From positions 4,599,459 to 4,663,458 of the forward strand of contig OY762897.2 in the NCBI GenBank assembly GCA_963666515.2: a stretch of 64,000 bases of DNA, read 5' to 3'. The DNA comes from Candidatus Binatia bacterium (GTDB taxonomy: Bacteria > Desulfobacterota > Binatia > UBA9968 > JAJDTQ01). Within the stretch, counting starts at the first letter, position 1; each line of letters opens with the position of its first letter. Of this stretch, positions 1 to 10,016 are shown in pieces. The notes below the pieces were generated by a model, which saw nothing but the letters and a program-made list of their open reading frames with translations, made no database searches and was not told where the DNA came from. The translations under genes and the position numbers were made by a program.

Positions 1-1
1 T

Positions 2-1417
2 CGAGAAGGCCATCACGTACGCGTCCTGGCTCGCAGTGCCGCCCGTGTCCGCTCGCGTTCCTGGGCGGAGCGGGTTGAGATCGTCGAGGGCGACGCGCTC
101 GACCGGGACACGCTGTCGCGCGCTCTGGCGGGCGTCGATTGCGCCTTCTACCTGATCCACAGCATGGGCAGCGGCGCGGGGTTCCACGAGATGGACCTGG
201 AGGCGGCGCGGCTTTTCGGACAGGTTGCCCGCGAAGTCGGCGTCCGCCGGATCGTCTATCTGGGAGGATTGGGCGACCCCAAGGCCGACCTGTCGCAACA
301 CCTGCGCTCCAGGCAAGAGACGGGGCGGGCGCTTCGCGAAGCGGGCGTTCCGGTGACGGAGTTCCGGGCGGCGGTGATCGTGGGCTCCGGCAGCATCTCC
401 TTCGAGATGATCCGCTACTTGGTGGAGCGGCTGCCGGTGATGGTCTGTCCCCGCTGGATCTACTCGCGCGTCCAGCCCATCGCGGTGAACGACGTGCTGG
501 ACTATCTTGCCGCGGCAGTGACCAACGCCGCGTGCGGCGACAAGGAGATCGAGATCGGCGGCGAAGGGGTGACCACGTACAAGGGAATGATGCTGGGGTA
601 TGCCAGGGCCAGGGGTCTCCGGCGCTGGCTCGTGCCGGTGCCGGTGCTCACGCCGCGCCTCTCGTCGTACTGGGTGCACTGGATCACGCCGATCCCGTCC
701 AGGGTGAGCGGCCCGCTCATCGAGGGGCTTCGGAACGAGGTGATGGTGACCGGCCGTCTGGCGCGGGAGCTGTTCCCGCAAATCCAGCCGCGGGACTACG
801 CTGCGGCCATCGCGGAGGTGATCGAGGACCTGGAGCACGGACGCATCGAGACCGCCTGGAGCGACGCCCACGGCGCGCCCGCGTCAGCGGATTCGTTCTC
901 CCGCGTGGAGTCCCACGAGGGGATGATCTTCGAGCGCCGCGCACGACAGGTGGCGGCGCCGCCCAGCGAAGTGTACCGGGTGTTCACCGGCATCGGCGGC
1001 GACCGGGGCTGGTTCCATGCCGACTGGATGTGGCGCGTCCGGGGCAGGTTCGACCGCCTGCTGGGCGGCGTGGGGCTGCGCCGGGGACGCCGGCACCCAG
1101 ACGAGTTGCGCGTGGGCGACGCGCTGGATTTCTGGCGGGTGGAGGCGCTTGAGCCGGACAGGCTGGTTCGCCTGAGGGCGGAGATGAAGCTGCCTGGCCG
1201 CGCTTGGCTCCAGTTCCGGGTGTCGGCGACCGGGGACGGGAAAACCCGGCTGGAGCAGACCGCGGCCTTCCTTCCCAAGGGCCTGGGCGGCCTGCTTTAC
1301 TGGTACGGCCTGTACCCGGTCCACGCTCGCATCTTCGACGGAATGGCGCGGGAGATCGCAAGGCGCGCCGAGGCGGGCGGGGAACGGACGCCTGGATTCC
1401 GGCTTTCGCCGGAATGA
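2..1417 (+). CDS. YbjT-like NAD(P)-binding SDR/epimerase with C-terminal DUF2867 (5' partial)
   Basis: Frame is open to the window start (REGHHVRVLARS...VEIVEGDALD). Motifs AFYLIHSM, IVYLGGLG, RAAVIVGSGS, and C-terminal GDALDFWRVE...RLRAEMKLPGRAWL. Confidence 0.85.
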   Translation, partial: REGHHVRVLARSAARVRSRSWAERVEIVEGDALDRDTLSRALAGVDCAFYLIHSMGSGAGFHEMDLEAARLFGQVAREVGVRRIVYLGGLGDPKADLSQHLRSRQETGRALREAGVPVTEFRAAVIVGSGSISFEMIRYLVERLPVMVCPRWIYSRVQPIAVNDVLDYLAAAVTNAACGDKEIEIGGEGVTTYKGMMLGYARARGLRRWLVPVPVLTPRLSSYWVHWITPIPSRVSGPLIEGLRNEVMVTGRLARELFPQIQPRDYAAAIAEVIEDLEHGRIETAWSDAHGAPASADSFSRVESHEGMIFERRARQVAAPPSEVYRVFTGIGGDRGWFHADWMWRVRGRFDRLLGGVGLRRGRRHPDELRVGDALDFWRVEALEPDRLVRLRAEMKLPGRAWLQFRVSATGDGKTRLEQTAAFLPKGLGGLLYWYGLYPVHARIFDGMAREIARRAEAGGERTPGFRLSPE

Positions 1418-1418
1418 C
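1392..1418 (-). repeat. REP family A (GTCATTCCGGCGAAAGCCGGAATCCAG), single copy supplying the stop codon of the upstream gene
   Basis: ctggattccggctttcgccggaatgac, identical to the copies at 17644-17670 and 17716-17742. Confidence 0.85.
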
Positions 1419-1441
1419 GGAAAGATCGGAGGTTGAGTAAA

Positions 1442-2455
1442 ATGCGTTTTGGTATTGCGTTCGGGAGCTACCCTTCCGACCTGGACCGGGCGGGCGTCGT
1501 CCGCGACTTCACGGCCCGGGCGCGGGTGGCCCACGCCAGCAACTACGAGGCGCTGTTCGTGGCCCAGCATTACTCCACCGGGCCGGACGCGGCCATGCTG
1601 CAGTCCCTGCCGCTGCTGTCCTACTTCGCCGGTCTGACACCGGGCATGTACCTCGGGACGGCGATATTTCTGCTGCCCATGCACCAGCCGCTGATGGTGG
1701 CGGAGTACACGGCCACCCTCGACAACCTGTGCGACGGCAAGTTCCTGTTCGGCATCGGCCAGGGTTATCGCGACGTCGAATTCACCTCCATGGGCGTGCC
1801 CATGCGGGAGAAGCGTCCGCGGCTTGAGGAGAGCATCGAGGTGGTGAAGCGGCTGTGGACCGAGGACGAGGTGCGCCACCAGGGCGGTTTCTACCGCATC
1901 GACGGCGTCACCATCCACCCCAAGCCCTTGCAGAAGCCCCGGCCGCCTATCCTGCTGGGCGCTGACACGGTTCCCACTGTGGAACGGGTGCCGGAGGTGG
2001 CCGACCACTGGATAGCCAGCCGCCGTCACACCAAGACGTTCCTGCGCGAAGCCGTGCCCGCCTACAAGCGCGCCTTGGATGCCCACGGCAGGCCCTTCGA
2101 GGGCCTCTACATCTTCCGCGACCTCTGCGTCGCCGACAGCCGCAAGCAGGCGGAAGACCGCATCCGCGAGGGTTACGAGCGGCGCTACGAACGTTACCAG
2201 CGCTGGGGCCAGCCCGGCGAGCGCTACGACCTGCCCTTCGAGCAGTTGCAGCAGGACCGCCTCGTCCTCGGCAGCCCCGCGGAGGTGGCCGAGCAGGTGC
2301 TCTCCTACCACCAGGAGTTCGGCGCCGAGATCATGTGGTTCATGGTGGACTGGCCCGGCATGGATTCCGCCATCACCCTCGAAACCATCCAGCGCTTCGG
2401 CGAGGAGGTGATACCGGAGTTGAAGCGGCTGACGCCGGAGTGCCGGTTGCCGTAG
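1442..2455 (+). CDS. LLM class flavin-dependent oxidoreductase
   Basis: LFVAQHY, LGTAIFLLPMHQPLMVAEYTATLDNL, FGIGQGYR, PKPLQKPRPPI, GSPAEVAEQ. GGAGG RBS precedes ATG 1442. Confidence 0.9.
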   Translation: MRFGIAFGSYPSDLDRAGVVRDFTARARVAHASNYEALFVAQHYSTGPDAAMLQSLPLLSYFAGLTPGMYLGTAIFLLPMHQPLMVAEYTATLDNLCDGKFLFGIGQGYRDVEFTSMGVPMREKRPRLEESIEVVKRLWTEDEVRHQGGFYRIDGVTIHPKPLQKPRPPILLGADTVPTVERVPEVADHWIASRRHTKTFLREAVPAYKRALDAHGRPFEGLYIFRDLCVADSRKQAEDRIREGYERRYERYQRWGQPGERYDLPFEQLQQDRLVLGSPAEVAEQVLSYHQEFGAEIMWFMVDWPGMDSAITLETIQRFGEEVIPELKRLTPECRLP

Positions 2456-2588
2456 TGGTCGCAGGCTTCCCGGTGTAGAGCTCGACTTCACGCATGGGAT
2501 GGAATCTGCCACGGCCGGGCCGGACAGGGAAGGCCATTCACTCCAGGACAGACAGGAGGTGTGATTGGGGTATTTGCAGGACGGCGGC

Positions 2589-2654
2589 CGTTATTGTAGA
2601 TTGGGGCTATAAAATACAATAGCGAGCGTCGTTATTGTAATTGCGTTCAATAGG
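2589..2654. promoter_or_regulatory. AT-rich promoter/operator upstream of the fic gene
   Basis: cgttattgta (2589-2598) is a 9/10 inverted match to tacaatagcg (2615-2624) and is directly repeated at 2630-2639. Confidence 0.5.
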
Positions 2655-2665
2655 GAAGCCCTGCC

Positions 2666-3826
2666 ATGGAGCGCGGAGAATGCGGGCGCTATCAGGTGAC
2701 TCGCGTCGGCGAGGAGAGCGTTCGCGCCTTCGTGCCGGCGCCACTGCCGCCTCAACCGCCTTTGGTCCTGGACGCTTCGTTGCAACAGGCTTTGGAATCG
2801 GCGGTCTTGGCTCTTGGCCGTCTCGACGGTGTCGCGACGCTCTTGCCGGACCACGAACTGTTCCTGTACGCCTACGTCCGCAAGGAAGCGGTGCTCTCGT
2901 CTCAAATCGAAGGTACGCAATCGTCGTTCTCCGATCTTCTTCTCTTCGAATTGGAGGAAGCCCCGGGAGTGCCGGTCGACGACGTGGTTGAGGTCTCGAA
3001 CTACGTGGCGGCACTCCACTACGGGTTGAGCCGCCTTGGGGACCAGTTTCCGCTCTCGAATCGCCTCATCCGCGAGATCCACGCCGTCCTGTTGTCAGGG
3101 GAACGGAACCGCTCCATGACGCCCGGTGAGTTTCGTCGTTCACAGAACTGGATCGGCGGCTCCCGGCCGGGCAACGCTGTCTTTGTTCCGCCACCACACC
3201 AGGCCGTTCCCGGCTGCATGTCGGCGCTTGAACGTTTCCTCTACTCCGAGGAGTTGCCGGTCCTGCTGCGGGCCGCGCTCTCGCACGTGCAGTTCGAAAC
3301 CATTCATCCTTTTCTGGACGGGAACGGTCGTGTGGGGCGTTTGCTGATCACCCTGCTGCTGTGCGACGCCGGTGTGCTGCGCCAGCCGCTCCTGTATCTC
3401 AGCCTTTTCCTGAAGCAAAACCGGAGTACGTACTACGATCTTCTAAGTCGCGTGCGCAGCACCGGCGACTGGGAAGCATGGCTTGACTTCTTCCTTGAAG
3501 GGGTGAAACTGACGGCCGACGGCGCGGTAGGCACCGCTCGACGCCTGTCCCGGATGTTTCAGGATGACCGGGATCGGGTCCAGACCGTTGGAGGTCGGAG
3601 AGCGGGCACGGCGCTACGCGTTCACGAGGCGCTCAAGTCCCGGCCGATCCTGTCGCTGCCCGGCGTGTGCCGTGATACCGACCTTACTTTTCACACCGTC
3701 GCTTCGGCCATGGCGCTTCTCGTGAGCCAGGGAATCGCCCGGGAGATTACCGGGAAGCGGCGTCACCGGCTGTTCGCCTACGATCAGTATCTCTCCATTC
3801 TCAACGAAGGGACCGAGGCGCCGTGA
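2666..3826 (+). CDS. Fic family protein (Fic_N/DUF4172 + Fic + C-terminal HTH)
   Basis: Intact Fic motif HPFLDGNGRVGR; inhibitory EAVLSSQIEGT; C-terminal EITGKRRHRLFAY. Confidence 0.93.
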   Translation: MERGECGRYQVTRVGEESVRAFVPAPLPPQPPLVLDASLQQALESAVLALGRLDGVATLLPDHELFLYAYVRKEAVLSSQIEGTQSSFSDLLLFELEEAPGVPVDDVVEVSNYVAALHYGLSRLGDQFPLSNRLIREIHAVLLSGERNRSMTPGEFRRSQNWIGGSRPGNAVFVPPPHQAVPGCMSALERFLYSEELPVLLRAALSHVQFETIHPFLDGNGRVGRLLITLLLCDAGVLRQPLLYLSLFLKQNRSTYYDLLSRVRSTGDWEAWLDFFLEGVKLTADGAVGTARRLSRMFQDDRDRVQTVGGRRAGTALRVHEALKSRPILSLPGVCRDTDLTFHTVASAMALLVSQGIAREITGKRRHRLFAYDQYLSILNEGTEAP

Positions 3827-3852
3827 CAGCGGCGCGGACGGAGCGAGACGTC

Positions 3853-4698
3853 ATGAGCAAAGACTCCCCATTCCACGACCACGCGCACGCCGCCGAGTTC
3901 GACAGGCGCGCGGCCATGTCGGACATCCGCGGGCGGCTGGCCGAGCGGCTGATCGAGGCCATGGAGTTGCGCGGCGACGAGACCGTGCTGGACGTTGCCA
4001 CCGGCACCGGGCGGTTTGCCCGGCCGGTTTCGCGGCGGCTGGCCGGCGGCAACATCGTCGGCATCGACGAGGCGCTGGCCATGCTGCGGGTGTCGCGGGA
4101 GCCGGACGCGGCGCCGATCTCCCGCTATGAGAGGATCGCCGCCACCGCGGAGCGCCTGCCGTTGCGGGCCGGCACCTTCGATCGCGCGTGGGTGGCGTTC
4201 AGTCTCCATCACTTCGTCAGCGCGCGGGACATGGTCAAGGAGGCGAGGCGCGTGCTCAAGCCCGGCGGCCGTCTGCTGATACTCGATCCGGTGATCCTGG
4301 CGGCGGACGACGCGCTGGACGCCGAGGTCGGCGGACTCATCAACGAGGTCTTTCAGCGTTCCCACGGCGCGGGATTCCGTTTCTTCACGGTGGAGGAGGT
4401 CCGCGCGTTGATGACGGACGGCGGGCTGGAGGTGGTGCGCGCAGACTGCCACACCTACAGCGTGGACCAGGACGGCACCGAGGGCATCCCCACGGGCCGC
4501 CATTGGCTTGAGGTGGCGGACCAGTTGGAACAGCGGCCGGCGGAGTTGCGGGAACGCTTCGCCGAAAGGTACTTTCGCTACGAGAAGGCCGGCGACCGGC
4601 TTCACATCAGCGGCGGCTTCCACTATGGTCTCATCGCCGGAGAGAAGCGGCCCGGCGCCGCCGGCCGGCAAAGGATTCGCGGAAGGAGCACCCCATGA
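3853..4698 (+). CDS. Class I SAM-dependent methyltransferase (UbiE/Methyltransf_11-like)
   Basis: VLDVATGTG, AERLPL..GTFD, SLHHF, RRVLKPGGRL. Confidence 0.85.
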   Translation: MSKDSPFHDHAHAAEFDRRAAMSDIRGRLAERLIEAMELRGDETVLDVATGTGRFARPVSRRLAGGNIVGIDEALAMLRVSREPDAAPISRYERIAATAERLPLRAGTFDRAWVAFSLHHFVSARDMVKEARRVLKPGGRLLILDPVILAADDALDAEVGGLINEVFQRSHGAGFRFFTVEEVRALMTDGGLEVVRADCHTYSVDQDGTEGIPTGRHWLEVADQLEQRPAELRERFAERYFRYEKAGDRLHISGGFHYGLIAGEKRPGAAGRQRIRGRSTP

Positions 4699-5591
4699 AA
4701 ACGCCATCGTCACTCATCACTCTGGGCACGTCGGGCGGGCCGTCGCTCACGCCGCATCGAGCACAGACGTCCCATCTGCTCACGGTCAACGGCACCTACT
4801 ACGTGGTGGACGCAGGCGACGGCGTGGCCCGGCGCATGGCCCGTGCCGGGGCCGACGTGCGCAGGGTGGGGATCATCTTCCTCACCCACCATCACGACGA
4901 CCATACCGCGGGCCTCGCCACCCTCATGGCCCTGGCCTGGGACGGCCAGCGCACCGAGCCCATCAACGTCTACGGCCCGCCTCGGACGCAGGAACTGGTG
5001 GACGCCACGGTGAAGTACTGCAGCATCAGCGCCGACATCCGCATCGCCGACGGCGGCCGCAGCGTCCCGCTCGACAAGGTGTTCTTCGGCCACGACGTGG
5101 GCATCGGCGAGGTTTACCAGGACGGCAACGTGCGCGTGAGCGCGGTGGAGAACACCCACTTCAGCTTCCACCGCGGCGTCGCCGAAGGCCGCTACAAGTC
5201 CTACTCCTACCGCTTCGAGACCCCCGACCGGGTCATCGTGTTCACCGGCGATACCGGCGCCAGCGCCGCGGTCACCGCGCTGGCCAGGGACGCGGACGTG
5301 CTGGTTACCGAGACCTCCTCCTGCGACGAGCGCAAGAACGCCATGATCAAGGACGGCCGCTGGGAGGCCATGAGCACGGCCGAGCAGGAAGGCATCATGC
5401 GCCAAGCCACCCAGGGGCACATGGGCCTGGAGAACATCGCCACGCTGGCGACGCAGGCCGGCGTCAAAAAGGTGGTGCTGTCCCACCTCACCCGCCGCGT
5501 GGACTCCACGGACTACGAGCCCTTCGCCGAAGAGGTGCGCAAGGGCTACGCCGGCGAGGTGGTCATCGCAGAGGACTGTATGGAGTTCTAG
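4695..5591 (+). CDS. MBL-fold metallo-hydrolase (RNase Z/AtsA-like)
   Basis: LGTSGGP, VDAGDG, FLTHHHDDH, FTGDT, LSHL. ATGA overlap with the upstream gene. Confidence 0.88.
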   Translation: MKTPSSLITLGTSGGPSLTPHRAQTSHLLTVNGTYYVVDAGDGVARRMARAGADVRRVGIIFLTHHHDDHTAGLATLMALAWDGQRTEPINVYGPPRTQELVDATVKYCSISADIRIADGGRSVPLDKVFFGHDVGIGEVYQDGNVRVSAVENTHFSFHRGVAEGRYKSYSYRFETPDRVIVFTGDTGASAAVTALARDADVLVTETSSCDERKNAMIKDGRWEAMSTAEQEGIMRQATQGHMGLENIATLATQAGVKKVVLSHLTRRVDSTDYEPFAEEVRKGYAGEVVIAEDCMEF

Positions 5592-5617
5592 GACCCGTCC
5601 GAGTAGTCGAATTTCAG

Positions 5618-5690
5618 GGGGCGACCGCGGGTCGCCCCTACAAATGCCCTAGCGATGAACCCCATGTAGGGGCGACCGGCCGGTCGCCCT
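5618..5690. repeat. REP family B (GTAG-type) doublet
   Basis: gggcgaccgcgggtcgcccctaca and tgtaggggcgaccggccggtcgccct in opposite orientations. Confidence 0.8.
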
Positions 5691-5717
5691 CTGGACAACG
5701 AGTTTCACAAAGCAGCC

Positions 5718-7925
5718 ATGAACATCATCGGCACCGCTGCCGCCCGCGTGGACGGCGTGGCCAAGGTCACCGGCCAGGCCGAATACGCTTCGGACATCAC
5801 CGTGCCGGGCATGCTGTGCGGCAAGATACTTCGCAGCCCCCACGCCCACGCACGCATTCTTTCCATCGACGCGAGCGCGGCGGAGCGGATTCCCGGGGTT
5901 CGCGCCGTCCTCACCCGGAAAGACTTCCGCGACCGGAACCCCTGGTTCAGCGGCAGGATTCAGGACCATCCCATCGTGGCGCTCGACCGTGCGCTCTTCG
6001 CCGGCCAGCCGGTGGCCGCGGTGGCGGCGGACGACGAGGCGGTGGCAGAGGATGCGCTCCGGGCGCTGGCGGTGGAGTACGAGCCCCTGCCCGCGGTGGT
6101 GGGCATCGAGGAGGCCATCGCCGGCGGCGCGCCGCAAGTCCACGAGTCCGCGCCCGGCAACATCTGCTTCAGCGACCGCCTGGAGAAGGGCGACGTGGCG
6201 GCCGGGTTCGCCGAGGCCGACACCGTGGTCGAGGACACCTTCACCTTTCCCATGGTGTACCACTACGCCATGGAGCCCCACGTGGCCATCGCCAAGGTGG
6301 ACGCCGACGGCGTCACTGTGTGGAGTTCCTGCGCCCATCCCTTCGGCGTGCAGCTAGAACTGGCGCACATCTTCGACCTGCCGCTGTCCGCGGTGCGCGT
6401 GATCATCCCCTACGTGGGCGGCGCCTACGGCAGCAAGTCCGGCGCCAAGATCGAGCCCCTGACGGTGGCGCTGGCGCAGAAGTGCGGGCGGCCGGTGCGG
6501 ATCGCGCAGAACGTCTCCGAGGCCATGATGACCGTGAGGCGCCACTCGGCGCTGTGCCGCGTGCGCACCGGCGCCAGACGCGACGGCACGCTGGTGGCGA
6601 AGCAGGCCGAGGTCTTCCTCAACACCGGCGCCTTCGCCGAGCTGGGCCCGGTGGTGACCAGCCGTACGCTCACCCGCATCCTCGGGCCGTACCGCATTCC
6701 GCACATCCGGGTCGAGTCCCACTGCGTCTACACCAACACGGTATCCGCGGCGTCGTTCCGCTCCATCGGCGGCCCGCAGACCGCCTGGGCCAACGAGTCC
6801 CAGATGGACATGCTCGCCGACCGCCTCGGCATGGACCCGCTGGAGTTCCGCCTGAAGAACCTGCTGCACCGGGGCGAGGAGCTGAAGCCCGGCGGCAAGC
6901 CCCTGGACGCCGACCTCCGGGAAGGCCTTGGGCACGTCACCCGGCGCATCGGCTGGGACGGACCCGTGTCCCGCTCCGGCGCCGGCCGGGGACTGGCCTT
7001 CGGCGTCACCGACCCGGGGGCGCCGCTGGCCTCCACCTCCACCGTGCACGCCCTTTCCGACGGCAGCGTCGTGCTGCTCATCGGCACCTCGGAGATCGGC
7101 CAAGGCTCCCGTACGGTCATGAGCCAGATCGTGGCCGAGGAGCTGCGCGTGCCCCTGGACAAGGTGCGGGTGCGCCCGCCGGACACCGCCTACACCCCCT
7201 ACGACCGCTCCACCGGGTCGAGCCGCTCCACCACGGTGATGGGCAAGGCCACCCAGTTGGCCGCGGCCGACGCCCGCGAGCAGATCCTGGAGCTGGCCAT
7301 GGAGCACTTCGAGGCCCCGCGCGAGGCCGTGGAGCTGGCCGACGGCGAGGCCCGTGCGGGCGGCCAGGGCGTCCCCTACGGCGAGTTGATCCGCCGCCAC
7401 TTCGCCATGCAGGGAGGCGAGATCGTGGGCCGCGGCTACGCCCACAGCGGCATGGCCGCGACCCCTTCCAACCCGCTCTTCTGGGAAATCGGCATCGGCG
7501 CGGTGGAGTTGGACGTGGACCGGGACACGGGCGAGGTGCGGCTCCAGCGCTACATCATGGCCGCCGACGTGGGCAAGGCCCTGAACCCGCTCCAGTGCGA
7601 AGGCCAGGACGAGGGCGCCGCCATGATGGGCATCGGCCACGCATTGATGGAGTCCATCGAATACGGCGACGGCCAGATCCTCAACCCGAACCTCGTGGAC
7701 TACCGCGTGCCCGGCTTCGAGAACCTGCCCGCCACCTTCGAATCGATCCTGGTGGAAAACGGCGACGGCCCCGGCCCCTACGGCGCCAAGGGCATGGGAG
7801 AGGGCGGCATCATCCCGGTGGCGCCTGCCGTGGCCAACGCGGTGTTCCGCTGCACCGGCGCCCGCGTCAAGGACCTGCCGCTGACCCCCGAGAAGGTCTG
7901 GCGGGCCATGCGCCGGTCGGGGTGA
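5718..7925 (+). CDS. Xanthine dehydrogenase family molybdopterin-binding (large) subunit
   Basis: KVTGQAEYASDI, RSPHAHARI, GGAYGSK, EIGQGSRT, NPNLVDYRVP, GPYGAKGMGEGG. Confidence 0.93.
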   Translation: MNIIGTAAARVDGVAKVTGQAEYASDITVPGMLCGKILRSPHAHARILSIDASAAERIPGVRAVLTRKDFRDRNPWFSGRIQDHPIVALDRALFAGQPVAAVAADDEAVAEDALRALAVEYEPLPAVVGIEEAIAGGAPQVHESAPGNICFSDRLEKGDVAAGFAEADTVVEDTFTFPMVYHYAMEPHVAIAKVDADGVTVWSSCAHPFGVQLELAHIFDLPLSAVRVIIPYVGGAYGSKSGAKIEPLTVALAQKCGRPVRIAQNVSEAMMTVRRHSALCRVRTGARRDGTLVAKQAEVFLNTGAFAELGPVVTSRTLTRILGPYRIPHIRVESHCVYTNTVSAASFRSIGGPQTAWANESQMDMLADRLGMDPLEFRLKNLLHRGEELKPGGKPLDADLREGLGHVTRRIGWDGPVSRSGAGRGLAFGVTDPGAPLASTSTVHALSDGSVVLLIGTSEIGQGSRTVMSQIVAEELRVPLDKVRVRPPDTAYTPYDRSTGSSRSTTVMGKATQLAAADAREQILELAMEHFEAPREAVELADGEARAGGQGVPYGELIRRHFAMQGGEIVGRGYAHSGMAATPSNPLFWEIGIGAVELDVDRDTGEVRLQRYIMAADVGKALNPLQCEGQDEGAAMMGIGHALMESIEYGDGQILNPNLVDYRVPGFENLPATFESILVENGDGPGPYGAKGMGEGGIIPVAPAVANAVFRCTGARVKDLPLTPEKVWRAMRRSG

Positions 7926-7935
7926 GCCAAAAACA

Positions 7936-7994
7936 AAGGGCAGGTCCGGAGACCCGCCCTTGCTCATTCAAGCGACGTAACCCCGGCCCCTACA
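7936..7994. terminator. REP-derived hairpin between convergent genes (probable bidirectional terminator) plus GTAG-REP remnant
   Basis: aagggcaggtc-cgga-gacccgccctt stem-loop, with an A-run on its left (U-tract on the minus strand). ccccggcccctaca overlaps the amidohydrolase TAG. Confidence 0.55.
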
Positions 7995-9054
7995 ACCCGT
8001 AAAACACCCGCGAATTGGTATTCAGGATCTTCTCGGCCTGCTCGGTGTCGATCCGCCCCTGGTCCACCCAGTTGTGCACCTCGTTGAGTCCGCTCAGGTT
8101 GGCGGAGATGTCGGTGTGACTGTAGTCCGTGCCGATGATCAGGTTGTCCTCGGTGTGGAACTTCAGGAGCGCCTCCACGTCGTCGATGGGGTCGATGGTG
8201 ATGTAGGTGCGGTTCTTGCGGAAGATCTCGGGGTCGAGGTCGCACAGTTGCGGCAGGGTGGTTCCCGTGCCGCGGAGCGCCGCGCGCTTGGTCGCGCCCA
8301 GTTGCGACAACACGTAGGGTATCCACGACGCCCCCGACTCGATGAACCCGAACCGCAGGTTGGGGAACATCTCCGGCACCTTGGAGGTCACCAGTTCGGC
8401 GAAGGCGTACATGATGGGGAAGCCACGGTCCCACTCGCGCGACGGCAGCGGATGGCCCGTGTGGAAGCACAGCGGCATGTCCAGCCGGTTGGCCTCCTCG
8501 TACACCGGAAAGAAATGCGGGTCGGTGACCTTGCGGCCGATGTCGAAGCCGCGCTTGAAGATGCCGCAGGCGCCGTGCTCTTTGGCCCAGCGCAGCTCCT
8601 CGATGCCCATTTGGGGATCCAGCCACGGCAGCACCGCGGCCCACTGCAACCGCCCGTTGGTGGGCTCGCACTTCTCGGCCAGCCAGCGGTTGTAGGTGGT
8701 GGTCAGCGCCCACTCGGCCTCGGCGTTCTGGGTGTTGTGGCGGATGAAGAAGGTCGGGAAGATGACCTGGATGTCCACGCCCATCTCGTCCATGTGGGCC
8801 AGGCGGCCCTCCACGTCGTCCAGCTCCCGCCGCACCCGCGGCGGATGGTTGATCTCGTCCCGCACCGCGCGGTTCTGGAGCCTCCCCTCCACCACCCAAC
8901 TGCGCCGGGTCGTGGTGTTGAAGCCGGCCCGGTTCGCCTCCTCGTCGGACATGTGGACCGTCACCGGCATGTACTTCGCATAGGGCGTCCCCTCCAACGC
9001 GGCCCAGGTGGCATCGGACTCGTCGACATGGGTATCGGCATCGATCACGGACAT
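7990..9054 (-). CDS. Amidohydrolase_2 family protein
   Basis: IDADTH, MDEMGVDIQVIFPT, YNRWLAE, FHTG, FGFIESGASW, GTDYSH. Confidence 0.9.
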   Translation of the reverse strand: MSVIDADTHVDESDATWAALEGTPYAKYMPVTVHMSDEEANRAGFNTTTRRSWVVEGRLQNRAVRDEINHPPRVRRELDDVEGRLAHMDEMGVDIQVIFPTFFIRHNTQNAEAEWALTTTYNRWLAEKCEPTNGRLQWAAVLPWLDPQMGIEELRWAKEHGACGIFKRGFDIGRKVTDPHFFPVYEEANRLDMPLCFHTGHPLPSREWDRGFPIMYAFAELVTSKVPEMFPNLRFGFIESGASWIPYVLSQLGATKRAALRGTGTTLPQLCDLDPEIFRKNRTYITIDPIDDVEALLKFHTEDNLIIGTDYSHTDISANLSGLNEVHNWVDQGRIDTEQAEKILNTNSRVFYGL

Positions 9055-9271
9055 GGCAAACCTCCTCGCTGGCGGCGCCCGGCCTCATTGAGCTGGCGCT
9101 ATCGAGACGGATCGAAATTTTCAGTAGCCTACCAGCAATCGAGCATTGCGGCAATTTCCCGGCATTGTTTTCCGTTCGTGGTTCAAGACCCGGACGACGA
9201 GCGTCGGCGGGTCGCGTCCTCGCGTCTCCGGGGTGCTTGCTGAATGCGGTCAACGCTGTCATAATGCTTTC

Positions 9272-9508
9272 GTGACGGTACAGATCACCATCCGAGGGGT
9301 TCCGGAACATGTTCGCGACGAGTTGGCGGTGCGGGCGGCGTCGCAACGGCAATCCATGCAGGAGTATCTCCGTTGCGAGTTGGAGCGCATCGCCTCCCGT
9401 CCCTCCCTCGACGCATGGCTCCGAGACGTTCGCGACCGCAAGGAAGCGGCGGGCTCCCGCGTTGGACCTTCGAGCATCCTGCGTGCCCGTGACGCGGACC
9501 GAACGTGA
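9272..9508 (+). CDS. FitA-like ribbon-helix-helix antitoxin
   Basis: MTVQITIRGVPEHVRDELAVRAASQRQSMQEYLR; GTGA overlap with the PIN toxin. Confidence 0.8.
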   Translation: MTVQITIRGVPEHVRDELAVRAASQRQSMQEYLRCELERIASRPSLDAWLRDVRDRKEAAGSRVGPSSILRARDADRT

Positions 9509-9906
9509 TCGTCCTCGATGCATCCGTGTTGGTCGCGGTGCTGGTGGACTCAGGCCACGAGGGACGGTGGGCGGAAACCGTCGTTGCCGACGGGGACTTG
9601 GCCGCCCCCGAGTTGGCGTTGGTCGAGGCCACCAACATCCTGCGGCGGCTGGAACAGTCCGGCGCGATTTCACGGCTGGAAGCCAACAGTGCGCATCCGG
9701 ATCTATTGCGGCTGAACCTGGACCTGTTCCCGTTCGCGCCGTTTGCCGGCCGCGTATGGGCTTTGCGGGAGAACCTGACGGCTTACGACGCTTGGTACGT
9801 CGCGCTGGCCGAAGCGTTGGGCTGCCCGCTGGCGACCCTTGACCGCAAGCTAAGCCGCGCCCCCGGTCCCGCCTGTGAGATCATCGTCCCGCCCCGCGCG
9901 CGGTGA
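9505..9906 (+). CDS. vapC: VapC PIN-domain toxin
   Basis: MIVLDASVLV, APELALVE, LTAYDAWYVALAE, LATLDRKL. Confidence 0.92.
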   Translation: MIVLDASVLVAVLVDSGHEGRWAETVVADGDLAAPELALVEATNILRRLEQSGAISRLEANSAHPDLLRLNLDLFPFAPFAGRVWALRENLTAYDAWYVALAEALGCPLATLDRKLSRAPGPACEIIVPPRAR

Positions 9907-10016
9907 CGGAACATTCAGAGAGGCGGAATTGCCAAACGAGGTTGTTGACCACATAATACCAGTCCTGTCAGCAACGATGATGATCATGCCGAGGTCACAG
10001 TAAGGAATGAGTTGCC

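Noticed and set aside
4508-8002. 1164-aa ORF on the + strand
   Set aside because: Arg/Gly/Pro-rich off-frame shadow of the MBL hydrolase and XDH genes, typical of high-GC DNA.
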